DNA of 64,000 bases from the NCBI GenBank assembly GCA_965215185.1, contig OZ244034.1, positions 2,759,844-2,823,843 of the forward strand, written 5' to 3'. Within the stretch, counting starts at the first letter, position 1. The number at the start of each line of letters is the position of its first letter. Source of the DNA: Acidimicrobiia bacterium. Its GTDB lineage: Bacteria > Actinomycetota > Acidimicrobiia > Spongiisociales > ZC4RG35. The position numbers and the translations under genes are program-made. A model generated the notes under the pieces. That model searched no databases and was not told the origin of the DNA. It saw nothing but the letters and a program-made list of their open reading frames with translations. This document shows positions 1-9,347 of the stretch, in pieces.

Positions 1-196
1 TGTACCAGCCCACCACGATCACGAACTTGAAAAAGGCCAGAATGATCAGAAGCGGAGCATCCCACCCCCCCATGTCGGCGCTTTCATTTACGTAAAAGAG
101 CGCCACCTCGATGATGGTGAGCACCGCCAGCAGGACGGCGATCTTCACATATTGGACGGGTGTTGGGTGGTGATGCTCACCAGGATGGGCGGCCAT
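1..196 (-). CDS. Cytochrome c oxidase subunit IV (caa3-type), 3' end runs off the window
   Basis: Manual translation from the ATG at 196 gives MAAHPGEHHHPTPVQYVKIAVLLAVLTIIEVALFY...ILAFFKFVIVVGWY. It is hydrophobic, has the K-F-x-x-V-x-x-W/F-Y pattern of COX4 proteins, and lies directly after ctaE. Confidence 0.8.
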   Translation of the reverse strand, partial: MAAHPGEHHHPTPVQYVKIAVLLAVLTIIEVALFYVNESADMGGWDAPLLIILAFFKFVIVVGWY

Positions 197-198
197 CG

Positions 199-822
199 TC
201 AACCACCCGGTACCGGCGCGTCGGCCAAGAGATAGACCACGGTGAAGATGACAATCCAGATGATGTCGACAAAGTGCCAATACAGACCCACCAACTCAAG
301 GTTCAAACCTGAGCCCTCGGAGAGCCCTCCCTGCTTTCGGGAAATCCCATAGAGGGTGACCAGCATCAATACTCCCAGCAGAACATGGAACCCGTGGAAC
401 CCGGTTAGAAGAAAGAAGGCGGAAGCAGCCGGGTTGGTGGTCAGCTTCATCCCGCTCACGGTTACGAATTCCGTGAACTCGAAGACCTGTCCTCCCAGGA
501 ACACCGAGCCCAGCATGGCGGTGGCCAAGAGCCAGGTGCGGGTGGCGTGCTGATCGTTGCGGGCCAAGCTATTGTGAGCCAGGACCATGGTCAGTGAACT
601 CATCAACAGGGCAAAGGAGGAAAACGACGTGAAGGGAATGTCGTATATCTCGGCCGGGTAGGGCCGGGCAAAACCGGACTTTCCCTGATAGAGGAGGTAG
701 TTGGTGATGAGGGCACCGAAAAACAGGAACTCGGAGCTGAGGAACACCCACATTCCCAGCTTTCGGCTATCGATGCCGGTCGACTCGTGCAGGTCATGAT
801 GATCCACGGTCGTTGCTTCCAT
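199..822 (-). CDS. ctaE: Cytochrome c oxidase subunit III (5-TM form)
   Basis: GMWVFLSSEFLFFG, FFLLTGFHGFHV and GLYWHFVDIIW motifs; start overlaps the ctaD stop. Confidence 0.95.
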   Translation of the reverse strand: MEATTVDHHDLHESTGIDSRKLGMWVFLSSEFLFFGALITNYLLYQGKSGFARPYPAEIYDIPFTSFSSFALLMSSLTMVLAHNSLARNDQHATRTWLLATAMLGSVFLGGQVFEFTEFVTVSGMKLTTNPAASAFFLLTGFHGFHVLLGVLMLVTLYGISRKQGGLSEGSGLNLELVGLYWHFVDIIWIVIFTVVYLLADAPVPGG

Positions 823-2849
823 CAGTAACCCATCTCCGGAGAGGAGTAGCCGGCATCCGACGTCTCGCCGGAGTGATCGGAGTCGTCATGGGGCTCTTCG
901 AGGGGTTCCATGCTCCAGCCGAATGCGGCCGCGGTCATCACCAAAACTCCCACCAGGATCAATAACTTCCCCACCACAGAGGTGTGGAAGATGATTCCCC
1001 AGCCCACCAGGGGGATCCCGGATGCAAACAGCACCGGGTAATAGGAGGGAGCTGGAAGGTGAATGGGGTGGGGAGGGTTGATCCCGGTTTCCAACAGTTC
1101 GTTGAGTGTCTCCTCGGCGTCCGCTCTCCGCACCGGGCGGCCTTCGGAATCGTTCTCGTACTTTTTGTGCCAGAAGTCGTCGAGAGAAGTGATCGTGGGC
1201 GACACCCCATAGTTGTATTCGGGAGTTGGGTTGGGGATCGTCCACTCTACGGTCCGGGCGTCCCAAGGGTCGATTCCCGACGGTTCGCCATGGCGCTTTG
1301 AACGCCACCAGTTAAACATGAAGATCAGAACCCCGGCCGTTATCACAAAGGCCCCCACCGTGGCAACCAGGTTCCAGAAATCAAACCCGGCCTCCGGCGG
1401 GTAGTAGGCGGTGCGTCTCACCATGCCCTGCAGGCCTAGCCAATGCATGGGAGCAAAGGTGAGATTGAAGCCGGTGAAGAAGGTCCAAAAGTGCAGCTTC
1501 CCCAGCCGCTCGTTGAGCAGTCGGCCGGTGATCTTGGGGAACCAGTAGTAGAGGCCGGAAAAAATACCGAACACCGCTCCCCCGAATAGCACATAGTGAA
1601 AGTGGGCCACGATGTAGTAGGTGTCGGTTTGCTGCCAGTCGGAGGGAACGATGGCGTGGGTCACCCCCGACAGCCCTCCGATGACGAACATTGCCACGAA
1701 CCCGATCGCGAACAGCATGGAGCTGGTGAAACGTAATCGACCCCCCCACATGGTGCCCATCCAGTTGAATATCTTCACGCCGGTGGGCACCGCGATGGTC
1801 ATGGTGGAAAGGGCGAATGCGGCCTGGGCCACCGGGCTGATTCCCGACGCGAACATGTGATGCGCCCAGACTCCGAATCCCATGAAGGCGATGGCCGATC
1901 CGGCAAAAACCACCGCCGCATAGCCAAACAGGGGCTTGCGGCTGTACACGGGCAAAACTTCGGAGACGATTCCCATGGCGGGAAGGACCAGGATGTAGAC
2001 CTCGGGGTGACCGAATAACCAGAACAGATGCTGCCACAAAATGGGGTCGCCTCCCGCCTCCGCCACGAAGAACAGGCTGCCGAACTGCCGGTCGAAGGTG
2101 ACCATGAACAGGGCGATGGCGATGATGGGAAGTGAAAAGAGCAACAGGAGAGCAACCACCAAGGTCATCCACACGAACACCGGCATCCGCAAAAGCCGCA
2201 TGCCGACCGCCCGCATGTTGAAGATGGTGACGATGAAATTGACTGCTGAAATGAGTGAGGCCACTCCCAGGAATTGGACGCCCAGCGCCCAAAAGTCCAT
2301 GGCCCTGCCGGGGGAGTAGAACGGTCCGGCATTGGGCTGATACCCGAACCACCCTCCGTCGGGCATTCCACCCAAGATGGTGTTGTCACCCGGATCCAGG
2401 TTCCCCGCCACGCCCTCCACTCCTAACGGCGCGGTGGGATCGCTGAACAGGAGCACCGAATAGAGGAAGATTCCTCCGAACAGGAATATCCACCATGACA
2501 ATGCGTTCATACGGGGGAAAGCAACGTCCCGGGCGCCGATCATCAGCGGAAGGAGATAATTCATGAAGGCGGCCGAGATTGGCATCACGAACAGGAACAC
2601 CATGGTGGTGCCATGCATAGTGAAGGCCGCGTTGTACTCGGCGGCGGTCAGGAAGGTGTTGTCAGCCGCCGACAGCTGGATGCGCAACAAGAGGGCCTCG
2701 GTTCCGCCCACCAGGAAAAAAATGAAGGCGGCGTATCCGTACATGATCCCGATCTTTTTGTGATCGGCGGTGGTGACCCACGCCCAGAACCCGCTGCTGG
2801 AACGGGGCCTGCGGAATATGGTGGTGGGTCGGCGTTCGGCGGCGGTCAT
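822..2849 (-). CDS. ctaD: Cytochrome c oxidase subunit I, A1-type heme-copper oxidase
   Basis: DHKKIG, FTMHGTTM, WLFGHPEVY, VWAHHM and VAHFHY motifs. Start is ATG 2849 or TTG 2858. Confidence 0.97.
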   Translation of the reverse strand: MTAAERRPTTIFRRPRSSSGFWAWVTTADHKKIGIMYGYAAFIFFLVGGTEALLLRIQLSAADNTFLTAAEYNAAFTMHGTTMVFLFVMPISAAFMNYLLPLMIGARDVAFPRMNALSWWIFLFGGIFLYSVLLFSDPTAPLGVEGVAGNLDPGDNTILGGMPDGGWFGYQPNAGPFYSPGRAMDFWALGVQFLGVASLISAVNFIVTIFNMRAVGMRLLRMPVFVWMTLVVALLLLFSLPIIAIALFMVTFDRQFGSLFFVAEAGGDPILWQHLFWLFGHPEVYILVLPAMGIVSEVLPVYSRKPLFGYAAVVFAGSAIAFMGFGVWAHHMFASGISPVAQAAFALSTMTIAVPTGVKIFNWMGTMWGGRLRFTSSMLFAIGFVAMFVIGGLSGVTHAIVPSDWQQTDTYYIVAHFHYVLFGGAVFGIFSGLYYWFPKITGRLLNERLGKLHFWTFFTGFNLTFAPMHWLGLQGMVRRTAYYPPEAGFDFWNLVATVGAFVITAGVLIFMFNWWRSKRHGEPSGIDPWDARTVEWTIPNPTPEYNYGVSPTITSLDDFWHKKYENDSEGRPVRRADAEETLNELLETGINPPHPIHLPAPSYYPVLFASGIPLVGWGIIFHTSVVGKLLILVGVLVMTAAAFGWSMEPLEEPHDDSDHSGETSDAGYSSPEMGY

Positions 2850-2875
2850 GTGAGACAATCCGGCCTAGGGACCAT
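2846..2875 (-). other. 9-codon mini-ORF (MVPRPDCLT) with a strong SD, overlapping the ctaD start
   Basis: GGAAGGAG lies 9 nt before the ATG at 2875, and its TGA overlaps the ctaD ATG (ATGA). Confidence 0.35.
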
Positions 2876-2923
2876 GGAGGGAATCTCCTTCCGGACGGGC
2901 TGGGCAACAAGCAAGTCTACGAC

Positions 2924-4003
2924 TCACTGCAGAGTGTCCAGCCAGACGATCAGATCTTCGATCTCTTGGTGGGTGAGATCCAGGTTGGGCATAAAGGACC
3001 CCGATTTGACTCCCGGTGGGTTGGCCAACCATTCCCGCAATCCGTCAGACCGCGATTGCCCCTCGCGCGGCAGGGCGGCGCCGGCGAACACCCCTCGAGA
3101 GGCGAAGTGGGTCAAGTTGGGGCCGTTGTAGAGGTCGTCAGCCACCAGGTTGGTCCCCGGATTGTCCGACCCGTAGTCAACGGTGTGACACTGGGTGCAT
3201 CCCTGCTCTTGGAAAACCCTGAGGCCAGCGGCAGCCGGGGTGTCGGGCTCGGGTGGTATGGCCTGCTGCTGTTGGGCGGCCGCCCAGGAATCGAAATCGG
3301 CCTGGGTCATAGAGATCACCCGGGCCCGCATCAGCGAGTGGGAGAGTCCACAGAACTCGGCGCAGTGTCCCCAGAACTCGGCGGGCTCGTCCGCCTGCAG
3401 CTTCAGGGTGGTCTCCTGCCCGGGGACCAGATAGCGCTTGCCCATCAGGTGGGGGACCCAATAGTTGTGGAGCACATCGGCTGAGGTCATGTAAGCACAC
3501 ACCTCCCGATCGATCGGGATCGCCAAGACGCTCGCTGATTCGATACCCAACTCGGGATAGCGATACTCGAACCACCACTGGTGCCCGATGATCTCCACCG
3601 GCATGGCATCGTCGCCGCATTCGGTCAACTCGAACACGCCCCGGACCGTCGGCACCGCAATGACGGTGAGAATCAGCGCGGGAATGATCGTCCAAGTGAT
3701 CTCCAGTTTGTTGTTGCCGTGGACCTGGCGAGGTTCTTTGCGGCCCGCCCGATCCCGGAACAGCAGAACGATCAGCAGGATTCCACCCTCCACCACCACG
3801 AATATCACAACCGCTATCCAAAACACCTGCCAGAAAATCGCGTCGATTCTCTCGGCGAAGGGACCGGCCGGCTCGAAGGTGGTGAGTGGGGCATCCTCGA
3901 TCTTCACCAGGCTGCAGGCAGCCAAGCTGAAAGCCGTCAGGGCAGCCAAAGACCCCCACTTGACAATTGGTCGTATGAGGCGTGTCACGTGCCGCCGGAT
4001 CAT
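2924..4003 (-). CDS. ctaC: Cytochrome c oxidase subunit II with fused cytochrome c (caa3-type), lipoprotein
   Basis: LAAC lipobox, GHQWWFEY, CuA ligands (DVLHNYW, CAEFCGLSHSLM), and C-terminal heme motif CTQCH with SFMP. Confidence 0.95.
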   Translation of the reverse strand: MIRRHVTRLIRPIVKWGSLAALTAFSLAACSLVKIEDAPLTTFEPAGPFAERIDAIFWQVFWIAVVIFVVVEGGILLIVLLFRDRAGRKEPRQVHGNNKLEITWTIIPALILTVIAVPTVRGVFELTECGDDAMPVEIIGHQWWFEYRYPELGIESASVLAIPIDREVCAYMTSADVLHNYWVPHLMGKRYLVPGQETTLKLQADEPAEFWGHCAEFCGLSHSLMRARVISMTQADFDSWAAAQQQQAIPPEPDTPAAAGLRVFQEQGCTQCHTVDYGSDNPGTNLVADDLYNGPNLTHFASRGVFAGAALPREGQSRSDGLREWLANPPGVKSGSFMPNLDLTHQEIEDLIVWLDTLQ

Positions 4004-4112
4004 ATACGACAGATGATACGATTCTGTGCGCCTCTTCCCAATCTGGCCCGCCTGATGGAGAACTCAGAGGCTGCCCAGAGAGGGCGGTTGACAGCGACGG
4101 CGCTACGCTGAA

Positions 4113-4898
4113 ATGGGGATGTTGAATGGCAACGCCGACGCTTTAGTAAGGCTGGAGGATGTGGTCATGCACTATCCGGTCAGGATGGAGGGAGTAACCG
4201 GTCGCCGCCGGAATCTGAGGGCGGTGGATGGAGTGAGTTTCTCGATTGCAGAAGGTGAAGCCCTGGGGTTGGTGGGGGAGTCAGGATGCGGGAAGTCCAC
4301 GGTCGCCAAGCTGATGATGCGCCTACTGACGCCCACCAGTGGTCGGGTGGCTTTCATGGGACGAGACATCACCGAACTGGGCAGACGGGAGATGCGTCCT
4401 TTGCGTCGCAACATGCAGATCGTCTTTCAGGATCCCTTCGCCTCTCTCAATGCCGGGATGAAAGCGGGGGATATCGTAGCCGAACCGCTGTTAGTCCACG
4501 AAGGTCGCCGTCCCGAGGCCGGTAGGGTGTTGGAACTCTTTGAGTTGGTGGGTTTGCATCCCGGCGACGTCCAGAAGTACCCCCACGAGTTCTCCGGGGC
4601 CCAGCGCCAGTGGATCAGCATCGCTCGGGCCTTGGCGCTTCGACCCAAGCTGTTGGTGTTGGACGAGCCGGTGTCGGCGCTTGATGTCTCAATCCAGGCT
4701 CAGATCATCAACCTGCTGATCGAATTGAAGCAAAGCTTGGGGCTGGCATATCTGTTCATTGCCCATGACCTGTCGGTGGTGCGTCATGTATGCGAACAAG
4801 TGGCGGTGATGTACCTGGGAAAGATCGTTGAGTGGGGAGATCGGGAGCAGGTGTTCTCCCGGCCGTGCCATCCATATACCCAAGCCCTGGTGTCGGCC
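4113..4898 (+). pseudogene. Oligopeptide ABC transporter ATP-binding subunit (OppF/DppF-like), C-terminally truncated
   Basis: GESGCGKST Walker A, degenerate signature FSGAQRQW (normally LSGGQRQR), and LVLDEPVSALD. Similarity stops at HPYTQALVSA; the rest of the ORF is the antisense of a permease. Confidence 0.8.
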
Positions 4899-5206
4899 AC
4901 CAGGATCAAAGTGGAGGGAATCTGGGCTCCGATCAGGTCGAGTACGGAGCGGCCGGACACCGAACGACCCAGGTCGCCTTGCACCAGTCCGAGCAGATAC
5001 TCGCCCAATTGGACCAACAGAGGTCGGTTGAGGCCCAATGCCTCTCGTATCTGCTCCTGCTGTTCGGGAGAGAACTTGGCGCCTCCGGTCATCATCGCCG
5101 ACACGGCGTCACCGGGCACCAGTTGCATGATAAAGAAGATCAGAATGGCGGCCCCAACCAGCACAGGGATGGTCAAGGCCAGACGGCCGAAGATGTATTT
5201 CAGCAC
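4895..5206 (-). pseudogene. Oligopeptide ABC permease (OppB/DppB-like), N-terminal ~100 aa only
   Basis: MLKYIFGRL...IFFIMQLVPGDAV...LGLNRPLLVQLGEYL...GDLGRS...IPSTL is an OppB-type N-terminus. It breaks at a head-on junction with the OppF-like gene. Confidence 0.8.
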
Positions 5207-5249
5207 TGCTTGCTCATCCGCCCATAGCCTGTCGGTTCTCGATTAGTTC

Positions 5250-7154
5250 CTACTGGCTAATGGATGCTCCCGCGAAGTACTTGTAGAACCCGGTTCCGTC
5301 CACCGAGAACCCGCTCAACGCGTTCGGGAACGCAGCGAAGAGGCGCAACTCGATGATCGGCACAATGTAGGCCTGGTCCATGATGTATCTCTGTATGTCG
5401 GAGAGGATTTCAGCGCGGCGCGCAGTGTTGATTTCCTCGGAGGCGGCAACCAACAGGGCGTCCAGATGGTCGTCTCGGATGTGGCCGACATTAATGTTGC
5501 CGGGGCCGACCGAGGACGAGTGGAAGTCCCGTTGCAAAGTGACGGGGGATGCGAACACGTCTCCCATCGAGGCGAGTTCATAGGGAGTTTCGCCCGTTTC
5601 TTGGAGGTAGCCGCCAGCCTCAAAGGTGATCACTTCGGCGTCGAACCCGACGTCTCTCAGTTGCGCCTGCAGGAGCGTTACCCACGGGTTCCAACTGCGG
5701 TTCTCAATGATTCGGGCAATGAGGGTCTCATCACCCTTGCGCCGGATTCCGTCTTCACCCAGTGTCCACCCTGCCTCGTCCAGCAACTCCGCGGAACGGG
5801 CTGGGTCGTATGGGTAGTAGGTTTCCACGATCGAGTCGTACTCGGCAAAGTTGCTGGAAAGCGGACCGTAGGCGCGGGGCACCCTGCCGCAGAACACGGC
5901 TTGGACGATGGAATCCTGATCAACAGCATGCAAGATAGCCTGACGCACCCGGATGTCCGAGGTGGGCGAGATGCTGGGGTTGATGTAGTTGACCTGGGGC
6001 AGGCCGGGGAGGGAGAACCCTTCCACCGTTATGCCGTCCAACGCCTCCAAGGGTGAGATGTTCTGGGAGGGGACCAGATCGAGGAAGTGGATTTCCCCGG
6101 TGGAAAGCGTCGCGGTGCGGGCCTGCTCGTCGGGGATGTACCGGAAGACCAAGCGTTCCGCGCGGGCCGGGCCGGTGGTTCCGTAGAAGGAGAAGGCGCC
6201 CCATGTCCAGTCTGGATTGCGGACCAGGGAAATATGGCTTCCTTCCACCCATTCCTCGAAGATGAACGGACCGGTGCCGATGGGCTGTTTACCGGCGTCA
6301 TCCCCGAGTGCTTCCACGGCCGTCGCGTTTGTTATACCGGCACCCGGGGTGGCCAAGTCGATGAGGATGTCCGGTACCGGCTTGGAGAAGACCAGTTCAA
6401 CCGTGTAGTCATCGATCACCTCAGTGTCTTGGTAGTTTTTGGCAATCGACGAGGTAACCGCTCCGGCGACGTCACCCTTCATGCGGTCGAAGTGAGCTTT
6501 GACCGCATGGGCGCTCAGAGGATCACCGTTATGGAATGTAACCCCCTGCCGCAGGGTGAATCGTACCCGAGTGGCGTCGGCGCTCTGGGACCAGTCAGTA
6601 GCCAGGCCGGGATGCAGCTGTATTCCAGGGCTCAGAATCACCAGTGTCTCATAGATCTGGGCCACAACCGCCTGGTCATTGACGGTGGTGGAGTTGAAGG
6701 CATCGAGTTGGGACGGCTCCTGGTTGGTGCCGAACACAATCGTGCCTCCGCCCATCAGCTCCTCGATTTCCATCTGGGTTTCCTCGACTTGCATCTGGGT
6801 TTCCTCAGCCTCCATCTGGGCTTCCTCGGCAGCCTTCGCCGCTTCGGCAGCGGCCATTTCGGCTTCCTCGGCGGCCTTCATGGCTGCTTCCAGCGCAGCT
6901 TGGGCTTCTTCGCCAACTGCTGCCTCTGCCGCCTCCAGCGCCGCTTCGGCGTCGGCCTGGGCTTTATCCAGCGCCGCCTGGGTTGCCGCAGCCTCCGTTT
7001 GGGCCTGAGCCGTTTGGGCCTGAGCCGTTTGGGCCTGAGCCGCCGCGGCGGCGGCTGCCGCCTCTTCTGCCGCACCGTCGTCGCCGCAGGCGGTTGCGAT
7101 CAGTGTCAAGGCAACGAAAATGCCGAGCAAGGCTCGAACGGATAGTTTTCCCAT
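5250..7154 (-). CDS. Family 5 ABC substrate-binding lipoprotein with Ala/Glu/Gln-rich N-terminal stalk
   Basis: ATACG lipobox, about 110 aa of low-complexity helical sequence, then SBP_bac_5 features (QIYETLV, FTLRQGVTFHNG, PIGTGPF, DIRVRQAI). Confidence 0.9.
   Translation of the reverse strand: MGKLSVRALLGIFVALTLIATACGDDGAAEEAAAAAAAAQAQTAQAQTAQAQTEAAATQAALDKAQADAEAALEAAEAAVGEEAQAALEAAMKAAEEAEMAAAEAAKAAEEAQMEAEETQMQVEETQMEIEELMGGGTIVFGTNQEPSQLDAFNSTTVNDQAVVAQIYETLVILSPGIQLHPGLATDWSQSADATRVRFTLRQGVTFHNGDPLSAHAVKAHFDRMKGDVAGAVTSSIAKNYQDTEVIDDYTVELVFSKPVPDILIDLATPGAGITNATAVEALGDDAGKQPIGTGPFIFEEWVEGSHISLVRNPDWTWGAFSFYGTTGPARAERLVFRYIPDEQARTATLSTGEIHFLDLVPSQNISPLEALDGITVEGFSLPGLPQVNYINPSISPTSDIRVRQAILHAVDQDSIVQAVFCGRVPRAYGPLSSNFAEYDSIVETYYPYDPARSAELLDEAGWTLGEDGIRRKGDETLIARIIENRSWNPWVTLLQAQLRDVGFDAEVITFEAGGYLQETGETPYELASMGDVFASPVTLQRDFHSSSVGPGNINVGHIRDDHLDALLVAASEEINTARRAEILSDIQRYIMDQAYIVPIIELRLFAAFPNALSGFSVDGTGFYKYFAGASISQ
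6995..7039. repeat. Perfect 15-bp tandem repeat x3 within the SBP gene
   Basis: CCGTTTGGGCCTGAG at 6995, 7010 and 7025, encoding (AQAQT)3 on the minus strand. Confidence 0.95.
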
Positions 7155-7228
7155 ATTCTGCTCTTAGCTGTTGGTGGGGCTAGCCAGACCTCATGAATCT
7201 CAATCCCAAGATAGCCCGACGGGCTTTG

Positions 7229-7246
7229 GCAGATAGTGCAGATAGT
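7229..7246. repeat. 9-bp tandem duplication at the truncation point of the OppD-like gene
   Basis: GCAGATAGT at 7229-7237 and 7238-7246. Confidence 0.85.
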
Positions 7247-7842
7247 GACGTCAAGGCAGTGGTGGGTTCGTCGGCGATCACCACCGATGGCTATTTGGCG
7301 ATGGCGATTACCACCCGCTGGCGCATGCCGCCTGACATCTCGTGGGGAAACTGGCGGTAACGCTGGCGAGGGTTGGGAATGCCCACCAGGTCCAATAGAT
7401 CAAGCGCCTTCTGTCGAGCGGCGGCGCGGGAGACACCATGGATGCGGAGCGCTTCGGCGATCTGGCTCCCCACCCGCATCACTGGGTTGAGCGAGGTCAT
7501 GGGATCTTGGAAGACCATGGCGATCTCTTTGCCTCGGATGTTTTTCAACTCACCATCCGCAAGCCCAAGCAACTCCTTTCCCTTATAGAGGATCTCGCCT
7601 CCGTTCACCAGAGCGTTGTCGGGCAGCAGCCCCACCAAAGAGGAGACCGTGACAGTCTTCCCGGACCCAGACTCGCCCACCAACCCCAGTATGTCACCTG
7701 GATACAAAGAGAAGCTGACGTCCTCTACGGCGGGAAGCACCCCGGCGTGTGTGTCGAAAGAAATCGAAAGGTCGCGTACCTCCAAGAGAGGCGCCGTGTC
7801 GTCGGGTTGGGGATAGGGAAGTTGAAGTTTTTCACTAGGCAT
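7238..7842 (-). pseudogene. Oligopeptide ABC transporter ATP-binding subunit (OppD-like), disrupted
   Basis: GESGSGKT, VFQDPMTSLNP and YPHE-type MSGGMRQR motifs. An in-frame TAG at 7291-7293 is followed by [13 protein letters not shown], a 1-nt shift to DVTI, then truncation. Confidence 0.85.
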
Positions 7843-7844
7843 GA

Positions 7845-9257
7845 CTATACGCGGTCGCCACCAGTGTCGTTCAGATCGGTGAGCAGTATGGCTGCCTCTC
7901 TCTCCAGAACCGACGCCGCCTCGGCCGTGTAGGCCGTTGCCCATTGCGGTTCATAGCCGCCCCTTTCGAATTCTTCGGCGGTGGGCACGTAACCGGTGAC
8001 CCCGTTGGAATAGCCTGCCATGTGAGTGAACTGGAATGGAGAGTTTTCTCGCACCCGTACCCCGATCTCCGCGAACGGCTCGCCCGGGAACCCCACCAGC
8101 GCTACGGGACCCATCCTGATTCCGTGCAGGGTGGTGGAAAGGCGAGTCTTGCCCCCACACAACTTCGCCCAAGCGGCGCTGATCAAAGCCCTCCGAGCCC
8201 GAAAGCGAGCGTCCAGCACCTCCTCCTACGATGCTCCCGACTTCTCCAATTCCAGGAACCGGCTGGAAAGACTCTGGGCATGAGCTTCAGCTTGATGGGG
8301 ATCGTCAGTGGACCGTACCGGCATTTCAATGGCTCTCTCGATGACCTTTATGGTGGGCTCCTGGTCGGGGAGAGGATCTTCCGCCCAGATTCCCAACGGC
8401 GCTCCCGATTCCACTATCCCCGCGAACCTTCTCTTGGTGGGTCGGGTCCGGATGCCAGTGAAGACCTTGGCGGCCTCGGCTCCCAGCATGGTCCCCATCC
8501 GCTCGGCCGCCCCCAGATCGCCGGTCAGGGCCTCAATGGTCATGATGTTGCCGGCACAGCCCTGTAGATAGAGACAGGCGGCGCCGGTCAACTCCTCCAC
8601 GACACGTTTGGCGACTCCGGGAAAATCGGGGCTGAGCAAGCGGTTCTGATAGGCGAGGATGATGGGATGGGCGGCATAGCAGAGCAAAGCGGCTAAGGGG
8701 TTTTCGTCGAGATCGTCGAATCGCACCACCATTACCTGGTGGTCGGCGAATCCTTCGAAATTCTGTCCCACCACTACTTCTCCGTTGGGCGCCCGAAGCC
8801 TTCGATTGACGGCGATGGAACTTTCTCCCCATCCAGCCGCCAGGCGGGCGGGACGGAGGGCGGCCTTGGCTTGATGGGTGGCGCCCAGCGTCTGCGACCA
8901 GACGGTCTCCCGATAACCAGGCACCAGTTCATGGCCTTCCCGGCCCGACCGGGATCCCAAGAGGCCCGACCACACCGGCCCGGCGTGGGTGTGCGTGAAA
9001 GAAACCCGGACATTGCGCGGGTCGATCCCCAGTACCCCGGCCACGTCTTTTCGGATGCGGTCGGAGTCTTCCACTGAGACCACCATCAGGTCGTAGTCCA
9101 AAATGGCGAAGGTTTCGGTCTCGCCTTCCACAACCAGCACGGTTACCCACAGGTCCAAGTGGACTCCCTCTGCCCGATGGTGGGTCTGCACTCCCCACCT
9201 GGCGTGCTCTATTCCGATTGGCGGGGTGATGACTCCCCGGCCCACTCCTACTCTCAT
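7845..9257 (-). pseudogene. Neutral/alkaline ceramidase-like metallohydrolase split by an in-frame TAG
   Basis: SFTHTHAGP, YAAHP, LQGCAGN and, after the TAG at 8226-8228 in the same frame, PGEPFAEIG...GYSNG..GYVP...GGYE. Confidence 0.75.
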
Positions 9258-9347
9258 GGTGCCTCTTTCAAACGGTTGGGGTCCCCATCTGGGGTTGGCG
9301 GCGAGACTGGCGGATGGGTGTGGGAAAGCATACCGGGCCAGCCGCGT

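Noticed and set aside
822-1100. C-terminal two-helix extension of CtaD as a novel fusion
   Set aside because: Subunit I with two extra helices plus a 5-TM subunit III is a known arrangement in bo3 and Bacillus-type oxidases.
4113-5246. 377-aa ORF as a genuine ABC ATPase with a novel C-terminal domain
   Set aside because: The last ~115 aa are the antisense reading of the truncated permease gene beyond the 4895 junction.
6995-7039. Short repeats as a CRISPR array
   Set aside because: They are contiguous 15-bp coding repeats without spacers, and no cas genes are present.
7193-7360. Plus-strand peptide containing [12 protein letters not shown], superficially like an IS1595 transposase motif
   Set aside because: It is the antisense of the OppD Walker B region ([13 protein letters not shown]); there are no other transposase features or terminal repeats.
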